From assembly GCA_035575925.1 (NCBI GenBank), contig DATLXK010000070.1:1406-65405 (forward strand): a stretch of DNA of 64,000 bases. Reading direction: 5' to 3'. Shown here in pieces: positions 23,479 through 34,519 of the stretch. The translations under genes were made by a program, and so were the position numbers. Positions within the stretch are counted from its first letter, which is position 1, and every line of letters begins with the position of its first letter. The notes under the pieces are model-generated. The model saw nothing but the letters and a program-made list of their open reading frames with translations, made no database searches and was not told where the DNA came from. The stretch comes from Sphingobacteriaceae bacterium. GTDB lineage: Bacteria > Bacteroidota > Bacteroidia > Sphingobacteriales > Sphingobacteriaceae.

Positions 23479-23518
23479 AAGCCCTCCTAAATCCTCCCTA
23501 AAGGGAGGACTTCAAAAT

Positions 23519-24871
23519 TTATAACTCTTTTACAGCCTGTTTAAACTGGTTACCCCGATCTTCATAATTCTTGAACAAGTCGAAACTGGCACATGCCGGA
23601 GACAGCAAAACCGTATCTCCTTTTTTTGCCAGGTGGTAAGCAATTTCTGTAGCCTCTGCTGCCGAAAATGTATTAACAATTACTTCTACATCATCTTCAA
23701 AAGCCTCATGTATACGCCTATTATCTCTACCAAGACATACAATTGCCTTCACTTTGCTCTTAACCAGATCTTTAAGCATGGTATAATCGTTGCCTTTATC
23801 AACCCCTCCAAGTATCAGCACTACTTCCGATGGCATACTTTCAAGGGCATACCATGTAGAATTTACATTTGTAGCCTTTGAATCGTTAATAAAATTGATG
23901 CCTGATATTCGGGCCACATGCTCAAGCCGATGCTCAATATTTTTAAAACTGCCCATGCTTTCGCGGATAGTTTCATTCCGCAACTCTAAAACTTTAGCAA
24001 CAATACCGGAAGCCATTGAGTTGTAGATGTTGTGTTTGCCCTGCAGGGCCAAATCAGTAATAGACATGGTTAAAATTGGTTGAGTAGTTTGGTTAAGATT
24101 TATGTTAATGTGATCTTCCTTGAGATATGCGCCGGGCTCTACTATATTTTTAATAGAAAAGGGGTAGGCAGTAGCTTTTACTTCGTGGCTTTTTAATCCC
24201 TTCAAGGTTTCAGCATCATCTTCACAAAAAATGAATACATCATTCGGCGTTTGATTTTGTATAATGCGAAACTTTGAATTGAGATAATTCTCCATTTTAT
24301 AATCATACCTGTCCAGGTGATCAGGAGTAATATTAAGCAGTACTGCAATATCGGCCCTGAATTCATACATATTATCAAGCATGAAACTGCTGATCTCCAA
24401 TACATACCAATCAAATTGTTCGGCAGCCACCTGTCTGGCAAAGCTTTTACCAATATTACCTCCTAAACCCACATTTAATCCTGCATTTTTAAGTATATGC
24501 CAGATTAGCATGGTAGTGGTTGATTTTCCATTTGACCCGGTAATGCAGATCATTTTAGCATCCGTGTAACGGCCTGCAAACTCAATTTCTGAAATTACTG
24601 GAATACCTTTTTTAAGCAACTCTATTACTATTGGAGCCTTATCCGGTATACCGGGACTTTTAATTACTTCTTTTGCTATTAGTATTTTCTCTTCAGTATG
24701 TTGATTGGCTTCGTAATCAATTCCATATTTATCAAGTTCAGATTTGTACTGATCAGCTATGTCTCCAAAATCGGATACAAAAACCTTGTACCCCTGTTTC
24801 TGAGCCAGGTATGCTGCCCCCACTCCGCTTTCGCCGGCGCCTAATACAACTATGTATTTTTCGCTTTCCAT
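23519..24871 (-). CDS. murD: UDP-N-acetylmuramoylalanine--D-glutamate ligase
   Basis: GSNGKSTT motif; dcw position. Confidence 0.95.
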   Translation of the reverse strand: MESEKYIVVLGAGESGVGAAYLAQKQGYKVFVSDFGDIADQYKSELDKYGIDYEANQHTEEKILIAKEVIKSPGIPDKAPIVIELLKKGIPVISEIEFAGRYTDAKMICITGSNGKSTTTMLIWHILKNAGLNVGLGGNIGKSFARQVAAEQFDWYVLEISSFMLDNMYEFRADIAVLLNITPDHLDRYDYKMENYLNSKFRIIQNQTPNDVFIFCEDDAETLKGLKSHEVKATAYPFSIKNIVEPGAYLKEDHININLNQTTQPILTMSITDLALQGKHNIYNSMASGIVAKVLELRNETIRESMGSFKNIEHRLEHVARISGINFINDSKATNVNSTWYALESMPSEVVLILGGVDKGNDYTMLKDLVKSKVKAIVCLGRDNRRIHEAFEDDVEVIVNTFSAAEATEIAYHLAKKGDTVLLSPACASFDLFKNYEDRGNQFKQAVKEL

Positions 24872-26112
24872 TACCGGAGTTTAAGAGTTATTATAGTTAA
24901 GATAGCCAGCATAATTCCAATGATCAGGAAACGCATTACGATCTTTGCTTCGTGGTAACCTTTTTTCTGGTAGTGATGATGTAATGGCGACATGAGGAAT
25001 ATCCGCCGGCCTTCACCGTATCTGCTCCTTGTATATTTAAACCATCCTACCTGAAGAAGCACCGAAACATTTTCAATTAAAAACACACCGCACAAAATGG
25101 GAATCAGCAATTCTTTACGAATCATAATCGCAAATGCTGCAATTATCCCCCCAATTGCCAGACTTCCTGTATCACCCATAAAAACCTGGGCGGGAAATGA
25201 ATTGTACCATAAAAAACCAACGCATGCCCCCACAAAGGCCCCCGCGAATATTACCAGCTCACCCGAATTGGGTATGTACATAATATTCAAATAATCAGCG
25301 ATGATGGTGTTGCCTGATACATAGGCCAGTATAGCTAATGTAACTCCAATTATGGCAGATGTGCCCGTAGTAAGGCCATCAATTCCATCTGTAATATTGG
25401 CTCCATTTGATACTGCCGCAATAATTACTATTACCACAAACAGAAATACAACCAAAGCATATTTGTCATACCCTTTACCAAATACACTTAATACCTTAGC
25501 ATAGTCGAATTCGTTATTTTTATAGAATGGAACATTGGTTTTAGTTGATTTAAGGTTCTGGGTAAAATAATAATCATCCCCTTTTTTATGAACTTCTAAC
25601 GGAGCATTTGCAGTTGCAGGCAACGTAACTGCTTCCCTGACTACAATAGCCGGATGAAAATACATGGTCCACCCAATAATTAAAGCCAGGCCAACCTGCC
25701 CCATAATTTTAAACCGCCCTGCAAGTCCTTCTTTATCTTTTTTGAAAACCTTAATGTAATCGTCAATAAAGCCGATAACACCCATCCAAATGGTAGTTAT
25801 CAGCATCAGAATTATGTAAATATTCTCCAGTTTGGCAAATAAGAGGGTAGGAATCAATATTCCTAAAAGGATAATAAGCCCGCCCATTGTTGGAGTGCCC
25901 TGCTTGTTCATTTGCCCTTCAAGACCCAGATTTCTTACCGTTTCACCAACCTGTTTTGTATGCAAATATTTAATCAGGCGGCTTCCGTAAACTGTGGTTA
26001 TAACCAATGAAAGAATTACGGCCATGGCCGTGCGGAAAGAAATAAACTGGAACAGACCTGCTCCAGGGATATCGAATCGCCTATCAAGGTATGTGAACAG
26101 ATAATATAGCAT
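24871..26112 (-). CDS. mraY: Phospho-N-acetylmuramoyl-pentapeptide transferase
   Basis: [12 protein letters not shown] and FMGDTGSL motifs. Confidence 0.95.
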   Translation of the reverse strand: MLYYLFTYLDRRFDIPGAGLFQFISFRTAMAVILSLVITTVYGSRLIKYLHTKQVGETVRNLGLEGQMNKQGTPTMGGLIILLGILIPTLLFAKLENIYIILMLITTIWMGVIGFIDDYIKVFKKDKEGLAGRFKIMGQVGLALIIGWTMYFHPAIVVREAVTLPATANAPLEVHKKGDDYYFTQNLKSTKTNVPFYKNNEFDYAKVLSVFGKGYDKYALVVFLFVVIVIIAAVSNGANITDGIDGLTTGTSAIIGVTLAILAYVSGNTIIADYLNIMYIPNSGELVIFAGAFVGACVGFLWYNSFPAQVFMGDTGSLAIGGIIAAFAIMIRKELLIPILCGVFLIENVSVLLQVGWFKYTRSRYGEGRRIFLMSPLHHHYQKKGYHEAKIVMRFLIIGIMLAILTIITLKLR

Positions 26113-27569
26113 CAGCTTAATTGATTTAAAATTTCAGCAAGCAATTTCTTATCATCAAACGGATGCTTAACACCGCTGATTTCCTGGTATTTCTCATGAC
26201 CCTTTCCCGCCAGTAAAATAATATCACCGGTTTTAGCTAAATGACATGCCGTCCTTATGGCTTCTTTTCTGTCAGTTATGGAAATAGTCTTTTTACGGTT
26301 ATTCGGCATAACACCTTTTTCCATATCACTGATGATTTTCTCCGGACTTTCACTCCGCGGATTATCGGAAGTCAGGATTACCTTATCGCTCCAATCGCAG
26401 GCAACCTGTGCCATCACCGGACGCTTTGTTGTATCGCGGTCTCCACCACATCCTATAACTGTTATTACCTGTTCTGTACCTTTGCGAATATCCTTTATAG
26501 TGCTTAGCACATTCTGAACGGCATCGGGAGTATGAGCATAATCAACAATTCCAATAACACCGCTGGTTGACGTAATGTAATCGAAGCGTCCTTCAGCGCC
26601 CTTCAGTCTGCTTAAAACAGTCAAAACCCGGGCTTTATCCTGATCCAGAAGCATAGCCGCAGCATAAACCGCGAGCAGGTTGTAGGCATTAAAGCTGCCC
26701 ACCATTTTAAACCAAACTTCTTCATTATCAATATTTAACAGCAAGCCTCCAAATTGATTTTCGAGAATTTTAGCTTTAAAATCAGCCATGCTTTTTAAGC
26801 TGTAGCTTTTTTGATAAGCTTTAGTGTTTTGAAGCATCACACTGCCGTTTTTATCATCCGCATTGGTTAAGGCAAAGGCAGTCTTATCCAAGCCATCAAA
26901 AAATGTCTTTTTAGCTTTTAAATATTCACTAAATGTCCGATGAAAATCTAAATGATCATGAGTAAGGTTAGTAAATATAGCGCCTGAAAAATGCAGTCCT
27001 TCAATACGGTACTGACTTACAGCATGAGAACTGACTTCTATAAAGCAGTAATCACAACCCATAGTTACCATGTCTTTCAACAGACTGTTTAGAGATACAG
27101 GATCAGGCGTGGTATGTGTAGCAGGAACTATCTCATCATTGATTTGATTCTGCACAGTCGAGATCAAACCCACCTTATATCCTAATTCCCGAAACAACTG
27201 GAAAAGCAACGTAGCGGTAGTTGTTTTACCATTAGTGCCGGTTACTCCTATCAGTTTCAAGTCTGCTGATGGGGTTCCAAAAAAGTTTGATGCCATACGG
27301 CCTAAAGCCTTCGAAGTATTGTCTACTTTAATGTAAGTTATTCCAGCAATTAAATCTGCAGGCATATCCTCGCAAACGATAGCGCGGGCACCATCGGCGA
27401 TGGCTTTACTGATATATTGGTGGCCATCAACCGATGTTCCTTTTACAGCAGTAAATATAGACCCCGGAGATACTTTTCTTGAGTCAAAGATTATACCTGT
27501 AACATCAAGATCTGTTGAACCTGATATTTCCTGTAATGACACCGAATAAAGAATATCTTTTAAGTTCAT
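26112..27569 (-). CDS. murE: UDP-MurNAc-tripeptide synthetase (meso-DAP/Lys-adding)
   Basis: [11 protein letters not shown] and DNPR motifs. Confidence 0.93.
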   Translation of the reverse strand: MNLKDILYSVSLQEISGSTDLDVTGIIFDSRKVSPGSIFTAVKGTSVDGHQYISKAIADGARAIVCEDMPADLIAGITYIKVDNTSKALGRMASNFFGTPSADLKLIGVTGTNGKTTTATLLFQLFRELGYKVGLISTVQNQINDEIVPATHTTPDPVSLNSLLKDMVTMGCDYCFIEVSSHAVSQYRIEGLHFSGAIFTNLTHDHLDFHRTFSEYLKAKKTFFDGLDKTAFALTNADDKNGSVMLQNTKAYQKSYSLKSMADFKAKILENQFGGLLLNIDNEEVWFKMVGSFNAYNLLAVYAAAMLLDQDKARVLTVLSRLKGAEGRFDYITSTSGVIGIVDYAHTPDAVQNVLSTIKDIRKGTEQVITVIGCGGDRDTTKRPVMAQVACDWSDKVILTSDNPRSESPEKIISDMEKGVMPNNRKKTISITDRKEAIRTACHLAKTGDIILLAGKGHEKYQEISGVKHPFDDKKLLAEILNQLS

Positions 27570-29683
27570 TATTGCAGTTCTAAAACAATCGGATAACCTT
27601 TAATAATACGTGTCCCTGCAACCAGCGACTGCCTTACTACTTTTCCGCTGCCTTTAACTAAAGGTCGCAAGCCTGAGTTGCCTATCATGTATAAGGCATC
27701 TTTTAAGCCCATTCCATTTACATTCGGTACACTTCCATGTGTATAATTAGCTTCCTGAAATGGCATATCATTAGTGGTGGCTAATGTTTTTGTATACCTT
27801 GTTTTCGGGACCTGAAGAGCTTTAATTCCTAATGCCTGATATACGCGTTGAGCAGATTTATTATCGCCCCCTTTAACTTCAGGCGTTTTTGAGTTTCCTG
27901 CATATTGAGAAACACTTATCTTATCAAACATCCTGACATCCCTGGCATATACCTTGTCAGCAACCTCTTTAAACACCGGGCCCGCTACATCAGCGGCATA
28001 ATAAGAACCTTTTGACCGATCGGGATTATGTATCACCACAATCATGGAATATTTAGGATTATCTGCCGGAAAGTATCCGCAAAAAGATGCCTGGTACTGT
28101 TTCTTAGCATATCCTCCTGCACCCTGTGCAACCTGGGCCGTCCCGGTTTTACCGGCTATTTTATATAATGGGTTTTTAAGTTTTGCGCCTGTTCCGCCTT
28201 CTTCATTGACAACCCCTTCAAGCATCTGCTTTAGTTTAGCAAGTGTTTTATCAGAACATATCTTATTACTAATCTCTTTGGTTTGAAAATGTTCTACTGT
28301 TTGGCCAAATTGCCTGATTTCCCGAACAAATAAGGGAGATATCATTCTTCCATTATTAGCTACAGCATTGTAGAACGCCAGCATTTGCAATGGCGTCATC
28401 TTCAGTTCATATCCATATGCCATCCATGGGAGGGTTAGCTTGCTCCAGCTTCTACTTTTCGGAGTTTTAATCAGTGGAATTCCCTCACCTGGAATTTGCA
28501 GACTTAAAGGCTCCCCGAGGTGCAGTTCGTGGAGCCTATCCGTAAAGTCTGAAGGGTTATCCCTGTAGTTTTTATAAATCATTTTGGTGATAGCCACATT
28601 AGAAGATACTTCAAAAGCCTTCTTCATTGTGATCACACCATACCCTCCTTCATGAGAGTCACTTATCGTATTACGTGAAAATTTAATTTTTCCTCCCTGA
28701 GTATCCACCAGGTCATCCAGATCAAATTTTCCATCCTCCATTGCAACCAGATAGGAAGCCAGTTTAAATGTGGAACCCGGCTCGGCGCTTGCAGCAATAG
28801 CATAATTAAATTTCTCCTGGTAAATACTGTCGGCCACTTTGGTATAATTAGCAACCGCACGTATTTCGCCTGTTGATACTTCCATTAAAATAACCGATCC
28901 ATGATCTGCATTACTTTTAATCAGCTGTTTTTCAAGTGCACGCTGCGCTACGTCCTGCATATTAATATCAATAGTTGATATTATATCTGACCCATCTTTC
29001 GGGGCGATTTCAATATCCCGGTTTACAGGCATCCAAATACCCCCTGCAATACGCTGCATTAAACGTTTGCCTGTTTCTCCGTTAATATAACTTCCGTATG
29101 CTCCTTCAAGCCCTACCGGTTGTACGTTCTCGTTTTTATACCCGATAGTCCTTGCAGCAAGTGAGCGAAAAGGCAAGATTCTTTTGTTTTGCTGAACAGC
29201 AATTAATCCCCCTTTATATTTCCCCAGATTAAATATGGGGAACTTTCTGATGATCTTCAGATCCTGGTAGGACACTTTACGTTTTAACAGCACGTACCTT
29301 AAGCGGTCAGCACGGGATTCTCTCAGAATTTGCGAATACCGCGAAGTAGATTTGTCGCCAAAAAACATGGAAAGTTTTTGAGCCAGGGAATCCACCTTTT
29401 CATAAAACACCTCATCTTTAGCAACCCCGCCAGCCAGCATATCCATCCTCAGTTCATACTCGGGGACCGATGTTGCCATCAAACTACCGTCCACAGAGTA
29501 AATATTACCTCTTGCAGCTTCCACATTCACAAATTTTGTAGACAGACTATCCGCCATAGAACGCCATTTCCTTCCTTCAGAAAACTGCACATTAAACAAT
29601 TTAAACAAAACTGCGAACGCAAACAGCATAATTACCCCAAAGGCAAGATATACACGCAATAATATGTCAGTTCTGATATTCAT
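27569..29683 (-). CDS. ftsI: Division-specific class B penicillin-binding protein (FtsI/PBP3) with C-terminal PASTA domain
   Basis: STFK, SSN and KTGT motifs; N-terminal TM anchor. Confidence 0.92.
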   Translation of the reverse strand: MNIRTDILLRVYLAFGVIMLFAFAVLFKLFNVQFSEGRKWRSMADSLSTKFVNVEAARGNIYSVDGSLMATSVPEYELRMDMLAGGVAKDEVFYEKVDSLAQKLSMFFGDKSTSRYSQILRESRADRLRYVLLKRKVSYQDLKIIRKFPIFNLGKYKGGLIAVQQNKRILPFRSLAARTIGYKNENVQPVGLEGAYGSYINGETGKRLMQRIAGGIWMPVNRDIEIAPKDGSDIISTIDINMQDVAQRALEKQLIKSNADHGSVILMEVSTGEIRAVANYTKVADSIYQEKFNYAIAASAEPGSTFKLASYLVAMEDGKFDLDDLVDTQGGKIKFSRNTISDSHEGGYGVITMKKAFEVSSNVAITKMIYKNYRDNPSDFTDRLHELHLGEPLSLQIPGEGIPLIKTPKSRSWSKLTLPWMAYGYELKMTPLQMLAFYNAVANNGRMISPLFVREIRQFGQTVEHFQTKEISNKICSDKTLAKLKQMLEGVVNEEGGTGAKLKNPLYKIAGKTGTAQVAQGAGGYAKKQYQASFCGYFPADNPKYSMIVVIHNPDRSKGSYYAADVAGPVFKEVADKVYARDVRMFDKISVSQYAGNSKTPEVKGGDNKSAQRVYQALGIKALQVPKTRYTKTLATTNDMPFQEANYTHGSVPNVNGMGLKDALYMIGNSGLRPLVKGSGKVVRQSLVAGTRIIKGYPIVLELQ

Positions 29684-29700
29684 AGCTTTACCTATCCTAA

Positions 29701-30120
29701 TTAAGGTGAAGGCGCAATTGTTATATAATCCTCTATTGGTACCATTAATTTCTTCGGCGGCTCTACGGGTTCTTTTAACCCTAGCGTATCTACTTTTTTT
29801 GCAACTTCGGTCTGTGTACTTCTCAGCATCAGATCTGCTTTTATAGTTTTAAAATCCCAGCTCATCTCTTTTACCTCCTTGTTCAGCTTATCAATTTCAC
29901 GGATACTTTTCTCTGCCAGGTGCCGGTTACCGATATACAACATGGCCAAAAACGCTATGAACGCTATGAAGGGAAGCATTTGTGTTGCAGCTTCTTTTGA
30001 AACCACTCCTTCTGTAAAAAGAATAGTTATGAAGTTTCGCGGAAGTTCGGCCTTTACTTCAGACTGAACTTCCGGCTCCACTTCACCCCTGATTAACTCA
30101 TCTCTAAAATGGTTGCTCAT
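29701..30120 (-). CDS. ftsL: FtsL-like cell division protein
   Basis: Single TM segment plus coiled coil. Located between rsmH and ftsI and overlaps the rsmH stop by 17 nt. Called mainly from position. Confidence 0.6.
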   Translation of the reverse strand: MSNHFRDELIRGEVEPEVQSEVKAELPRNFITILFTEGVVSKEAATQMLPFIAFIAFLAMLYIGNRHLAEKSIREIDKLNKEVKEMSWDFKTIKADLMLRSTQTEVAKKVDTLGLKEPVEPPKKLMVPIEDYITIAPSP

Positions 30121-31018
30121 TTTTTACAGCAATTCTTAATCGGGCACTGCGCGCCCTGTTATTTTGTACAATTTCTTCTTCTGATGCGACTACAGGTTTC
30201 CTTGTAACTGCACTCAGTGGTTTGATCTGATTCCCAAAAAAATCTTTATTTACCTCACCTTTAAATTTACCGGTGTTGATATAATTCTTTACCAGCCGGT
30301 CTTCCAGTGAATGGTATGACATAACTACCAGGCGACCCCCATCTTTCAGAATATCAGCAGCTTGCACTATAAATTCCTGCAAAGCTTCAAGCTCCTGGTT
30401 TACTTCTATTCTTAATGCCTGAAAAACCTGAGCCATGTATTTATTTTCTTTTCCACGCGGCATAAGACCCTGAATAGCCTCTTTAAACCTGGCAACGGTA
30501 TCTATGGGAGCATTCAACCGGGCTGTCACCACCGTACGGGCAAGGCTTTTAGCGTTTTTAACCTCGCCATACATCCCGAAAATGCGGTGGAGATCCTCTT
30601 CCTTATAAGTATTTAATATCATTTTCGCCGTCAAAGCAGATGATTGATCCATGCGCATATCAAGATCTGCATCAAAACGTGTAGAAAAGCCCCGCTCAGG
30701 CTGATCAAACTGATGCGAAGACACGCCCAGATCTGCCAGTATACCATCAACAGGCATCGCATTATTTAAACGGCAGTAATTTTTAAGATATCTGAAATTC
30801 TGATCAATAAAGGTTAAACGACCATCAGCCGGGATATTCTGCTGCGCATCTGCATCATGATCGAATGCCAATAACCGTCCATTCTCACCCAAATGCTTAA
30901 GAATCTCGCGGGAATGGCCACCGCCACCGAAAGTAACATCCACATAAATACCATCGGCATGAATAGCCAAACCTTCTATACACTCACGCAGCATCACCGG
31001 AGTATGATACTTATTCAT
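30104..31018 (-). CDS. rsmH: 16S rRNA (cytosine1402-N4)-methyltransferase
   Basis: MNKYHTPVML N-terminus and VDVTFGGGGHS SAM motif. I prefer the ATG at 31018 over the upstream GTG at 31036. Confidence 0.93.
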   Translation of the reverse strand: MNKYHTPVMLRECIEGLAIHADGIYVDVTFGGGGHSREILKHLGENGRLLAFDHDADAQQNIPADGRLTFIDQNFRYLKNYCRLNNAMPVDGILADLGVSSHQFDQPERGFSTRFDADLDMRMDQSSALTAKMILNTYKEEDLHRIFGMYGEVKNAKSLARTVVTARLNAPIDTVARFKEAIQGLMPRGKENKYMAQVFQALRIEVNQELEALQEFIVQAADILKDGGRLVVMSYHSLEDRLVKNYINTGKFKGEVNKDFFGNQIKPLSAVTRKPVVASEEEIVQNNRARSARLRIAVKNEQPF

Positions 31019-31472
31019 CAACCCTCCTTCCTGCACCCATTACTTCTTCTGCCAGATTTGCAAAATTTTCGGGTTCATTATCTAATTGGGAGTCATAGGC
31101 ATCTTTAGCCCAAACCTCAATTTTGTTAAACTGGCAAGATAATACCACTTCCGTGCCTATCCCGGCATAATCCAGTAACGACTTTGGAAGAAGAATGCGG
31201 TTAGCAGCATCAAGCGAAAGCTCGGATGCACCCCGGGTAAAGTAGCGGATAAATTCCCGGGTTCTTTTTTCATATTGATTGAGCCTGCTTAACTCATCAA
31301 CAATTTTGTCCCACTCTTTTTTTGTGTAAATCACCAGATGCTTCTCAAAACCCCGGTTAATTACAAGCCCCTCTCTTTCAGCTTCAGGAAGCTGTTTTTT
31401 GAGGTTAGAAGGGATCATCATTCTCCCCTTCACATCAAGCCTACAATCAAATTCACCTAAGAAATGAGACAT
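31011..31472 (-). CDS. mraZ: Transcriptional regulator MraZ
   Basis: Two SpoVT/AbrB-like repeats (DVKGRMMIP / DAANRILLP); first gene of the dcw cluster. Confidence 0.93.
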   Translation of the reverse strand: MSHFLGEFDCRLDVKGRMMIPSNLKKQLPEAEREGLVINRGFEKHLVIYTKKEWDKIVDELSRLNQYEKRTREFIRYFTRGASELSLDAANRILLPKSLLDYAGIGTEVVLSCQFNKIEVWAKDAYDSQLDNEPENFANLAEEVMGAGRRVDE

Positions 31473-31518
31473 TTTGGTTTATATACAGTTTTTATCTAGA
31501 GTAAAAGTAAATACTTTT

Positions 31519-31543
31519 ACCACTTTTTACCACATATTCCCAC
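31519..31543 (-). promoter_or_regulatory. Candidate MraZ operator: three direct GTGG(T/G) boxes at exact 10-bp phasing
   Basis: The plus strand reads ACCAC (31519-23), ACCAC (31529-33) and CCCAC (31539-43), which is GTGGT/GTGGT/GTGGG on the mraZ strand, 48-71 nt upstream of the mraZ ATG. Confidence 0.6.
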
Positions 31544-31582
31544 AAAAAGTTTTCAACATGAATTTTATTTTGATCAGGGCGC

Positions 31583-31665
31583 AAAAAAGCCCCGTAGATT
31601 AACCAGGCGGGGCTTTATTTTTTCTTACAGGCAGACCTATAAGGTCTCGAAAACCTTATAGGTCT
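31583..31665 (-). terminator. Two tandem hairpins after pgk, insulating it from the mraZ promoter
   Basis: Hairpin 1: agacctataaggt (31633-45) pairs with accttataggtct (31653-65). Hairpin 2: cggggcttt (31608-16) pairs with aaagccccg (31586-94), followed on the minus strand by T6. Confidence 0.65.
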
Positions 31666-31668
31666 TGA

Positions 31669-32856
31669 TTAATCATTAATGGCTTTTACTCCTGGCAATT
31701 CCTTACCCTCCATATATTCAAGCAATGCCCCTCCACCGGTGGATACATAACTTACCTGTTCCTCAAATCCAAATTTTGATACTGCTGCGGCAGAGTCGCC
31801 GCCGCCTATAAGCGAAAAAGCTCCGTTTTTAGTAGCTTCAACTACAGCTTCAGCAACCGCTTTAGTTCCGGTTTGAAATTTTTCCATCTCAAAAACCCCC
31901 ATGGGCCCATTCCATAAAATAGTCTTCGAATCCTTAATTACCCGGGTAAAATTTTCAATAGATTCCGGACCAATATCCAGTCCCATCCAACCATCTTTAA
32001 TAGAATGGTTTGGTGAAGCTGCGGTATTTGCGTCGTTTGAAAAGTTATCTGCGATTACTGAATCTGTCGGCAATAATAAATTTACCCCTTTAGTTTTAGC
32101 TTTAGCAATAAGTTCAATGGCCAGTTCTAATTTATCTTCTTCTACCAGTGATTTCCCTATTGATCCGCCTTGTGCTTTCGCAAATGTATACGCCATTCCG
32201 CCGCCAATGATCAGGTTATCAACTTTATCGAGCAATTTCTCTATCAACAATATCTTATCAGACACTTTTGCGCCACCCATAATTGCAGTAAAAGGTTTTT
32301 CGGGATTATTCAAAACCTTTTCAGCATTTTTCAGCTCACCCGCCATTAAATAACCGAAGTACTTTGCATCCGGGAAAAACTTAGCGATAATAGCGGTAGA
32401 GGCATGGGCGCGATGTGCTGTACCAAATGCATCATTTACGTAAACATCCCCAAGCTGAGCCAGTTTTTCAGCAAATGCTTCATCTCCTTTTTCCTCCTCC
32501 TTATAAAATCGCAGATTTTCCAGCAGAAGTACCTGTCCGCTTTTTAATCCCGATGCCATTTGCCTTGCATTATCGCCTACACAATCATCAGCAAACTGAA
32601 CATCAACCCCTAATTGCCGGGAAAGGTGCTTGACTATATGCTTTAGTGAATACTTATCGGCCGGGCCTTCTTTAGGTCTGCCCAGATGAGACATCAAAAT
32701 CACCGAGCCTCCGTCTGCCAGTATTTTCTTTATTGTAGGAAGCGCTCCCTGAATCCTGTTATCATCCGTAATATTAAAATCCTCATCCAGCGGCACATTA
32801 AAATCTACACGAATGAGGGCTTTTTTTCCTGAAAAGTTAAATTGATCGATTGTCAT
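31669..32856 (-). CDS. pgk: Phosphoglycerate kinase
   Basis: RVDFNVPL and GGGDSAAAV motifs. Confidence 0.96.
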   Translation of the reverse strand: MTIDQFNFSGKKALIRVDFNVPLDEDFNITDDNRIQGALPTIKKILADGGSVILMSHLGRPKEGPADKYSLKHIVKHLSRQLGVDVQFADDCVGDNARQMASGLKSGQVLLLENLRFYKEEEKGDEAFAEKLAQLGDVYVNDAFGTAHRAHASTAIIAKFFPDAKYFGYLMAGELKNAEKVLNNPEKPFTAIMGGAKVSDKILLIEKLLDKVDNLIIGGGMAYTFAKAQGGSIGKSLVEEDKLELAIELIAKAKTKGVNLLLPTDSVIADNFSNDANTAASPNHSIKDGWMGLDIGPESIENFTRVIKDSKTILWNGPMGVFEMEKFQTGTKAVAEAVVEATKNGAFSLIGGGDSAAAVSKFGFEEQVSYVSTGGGALLEYMEGKELPGVKAIND

Positions 32857-32886
32857 ATTATTAATACTAAAAGACTGAAAAACAGT

Positions 32887-33318
32887 TTACATAATCTTTA
32901 AATACATCTGGCGGTGAGGTCCTATTTGATCTACTTCAAATTCACCTGATATGAATTCAAAACCTGTGTTCAGATAAAACCTATAGGCTGCCTGCCGTGC
33001 ATTGCACCAGATATAATTTGCTTTAAGGCCGCGAAGATAAACGATTCCAAAATTTAAAAGCTGGTTTCCAGCTCCCATATTCCTAAAATCAGGATGGGTG
33101 GCCATTCCGCGCAACTGGTAACCATCACCCGGAAAATCGTTATGTGTCCGTTGATGGAAAGTTACCGCACTGATTATCTGTCCCAGCCTGAAATCTCCCA
33201 GGTGAAATGAGCATTTCTCATTATCACCTTCAAAATAACACTCTTCAAATGGTTTACCATCCCGTAACACCTCACTACGGAGCAGCAATGTTTGGGTGGT
33301 ATCTATAAATTTTATCAT
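32887..33318 (-). CDS. GNAT family N-acetyltransferase
   Basis: QLRGMATHPDFRNMGAGNQLL acetyl-CoA-binding motif. Confidence 0.75.
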   Translation of the reverse strand: MIKFIDTTQTLLLRSEVLRDGKPFEECYFEGDNEKCSFHLGDFRLGQIISAVTFHQRTHNDFPGDGYQLRGMATHPDFRNMGAGNQLLNFGIVYLRGLKANYIWCNARQAAYRFYLNTGFEFISGEFEVDQIGPHRQMYLKIM

Positions 33319-33353
33319 TGGTCTGATCCTAACCCTTTTCCAAAGAGAAGGGA

Positions 33354-34349
33354 TTAGTTTAATTTTGAAATTTTTTCTGCCAGGTCTGCCAGCCGACTTG
33401 AATAACCCATTTCATTATCATACCACCCCACTACTTTAACCAGGCCCCCCACAATGGAAGTGAGCCGTGAATCAAAAATACAGGAATGTGTGTTTCCAAG
33501 TATATCAACAGAAACAATGGGATCAGAAGTGTATTCCAGTATCCCTTTTAAATAAGATTGTGAAGCGGCTTTAAATGCTGTATTAATTTCAGATATAGTA
33601 GTTTGATTCTTCAGGGTACAGGTAAAATCAGTTAATGAGCCGTTCAGAACAGGCACTCTTATTCCGGCACCACCCAATTTACCTTCGAGATGAGGAAATA
33701 TATTAGTAATTGCTTTTGCAGCACCTGTTGTAGTAGGAATGATGGATGCAGAGGCAGCCCGTGCTCTTCTCAAGTCTTTATGCGGTGCATCATGAAGATT
33801 TTGGTCGCCGGTCATGGAATGAACTGTGGTAATATAACCATCAACAATCCCCCACTGGTCATCCAGTATCTTAATCAGCGGTGCCACGTTATTGGTGGTA
33901 CACGATGCATTGGACAAAACCGGAGATGATAAATTTACCAGGTGATCATTCACTCCCAAAACAACTGCGGGGACATCTTTATCAGGTGATGGCGCAGAAA
34001 TAATAATCTGCTTTGCTCCTGCTTTGAGATGAAGCGATGCCAGCTCATTACTAATAAACTTACCGGTAGATTCTATTACCAGATCGATACTCAGCTCTGC
34101 CCACGGCAGCACGGAGGGATTCTTTTGGGAATATACCGGGATCTTTGAACCATTTACAATCAGGTACTGCCCTTCAGCTGTAATTAAGCCGTCAAAACCA
34201 CCATGTACAGAATCGTATTTCAACAAATGTGCAAGTGTTTCCGGGTCAGTTACATCATTTATTGCAACAATCTCCATATCTTTTTTCTTAAAAAGGGTTC
34301 TGAAGCAGATGCGGCCGATGCGGCCAAAGCCATTTATTGCAATTCTCAT
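33354..34349 (-). CDS. gap: Type I glyceraldehyde-3-phosphate dehydrogenase
   Basis: INGFGRIGR and SNASCTTN motifs. Confidence 0.95.
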   Translation of the reverse strand: MRIAINGFGRIGRICFRTLFKKKDMEIVAINDVTDPETLAHLLKYDSVHGGFDGLITAEGQYLIVNGSKIPVYSQKNPSVLPWAELSIDLVIESTGKFISNELASLHLKAGAKQIIISAPSPDKDVPAVVLGVNDHLVNLSSPVLSNASCTTNNVAPLIKILDDQWGIVDGYITTVHSMTGDQNLHDAPHKDLRRARAASASIIPTTTGAAKAITNIFPHLEGKLGGAGIRVPVLNGSLTDFTCTLKNQTTISEINTAFKAASQSYLKGILEYTSDPIVSVDILGNTHSCIFDSRLTSIVGGLVKVVGWYDNEMGYSSRLADLAEKISKLN

Positions 34350-34399
34350 AACTCAGTCCAAAGTTATGGTAAATGAAGCGAAAAACATTTTGAATTATT

Positions 34400-34430
34400 T
34401 TTGACTAAGCCGCTTCAATTTCTATTTTTG
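34400..34430 (+). promoter_or_regulatory. Bacteroidota sigma-A type promoter for tRNA-Glu
   Basis: -33 TTTG (34400-34403), a 19-nt spacer, then -7 TATTTTTG (34423-34430). The tRNA starts 18 nt downstream. Confidence 0.5.
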
Positions 34431-34447
34431 CACCCGCCAGGAGATCA

Positions 34448-34519
34448 GGCCCGTTCGTCTAGGGGTTAGGACGTTAGATTTTCATTCTAGAAACAGGGGT
34501 TCGATTCCCCTACGGGCTA
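34448..34519 (+). tRNA. tRNA-Glu (anticodon UUC)
   Basis: Hand-folded cloverleaf. Acceptor stem GGCCCGT/ACGGGCT with discriminator A. D arm GTCT-AGGGGTTA-GGAC. Anticodon arm TTAGA-TTTTCAT-TCTAG. T arm AGGGG-TTCGATT-CCCCT. No encoded CCA. Confidence 0.9.
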
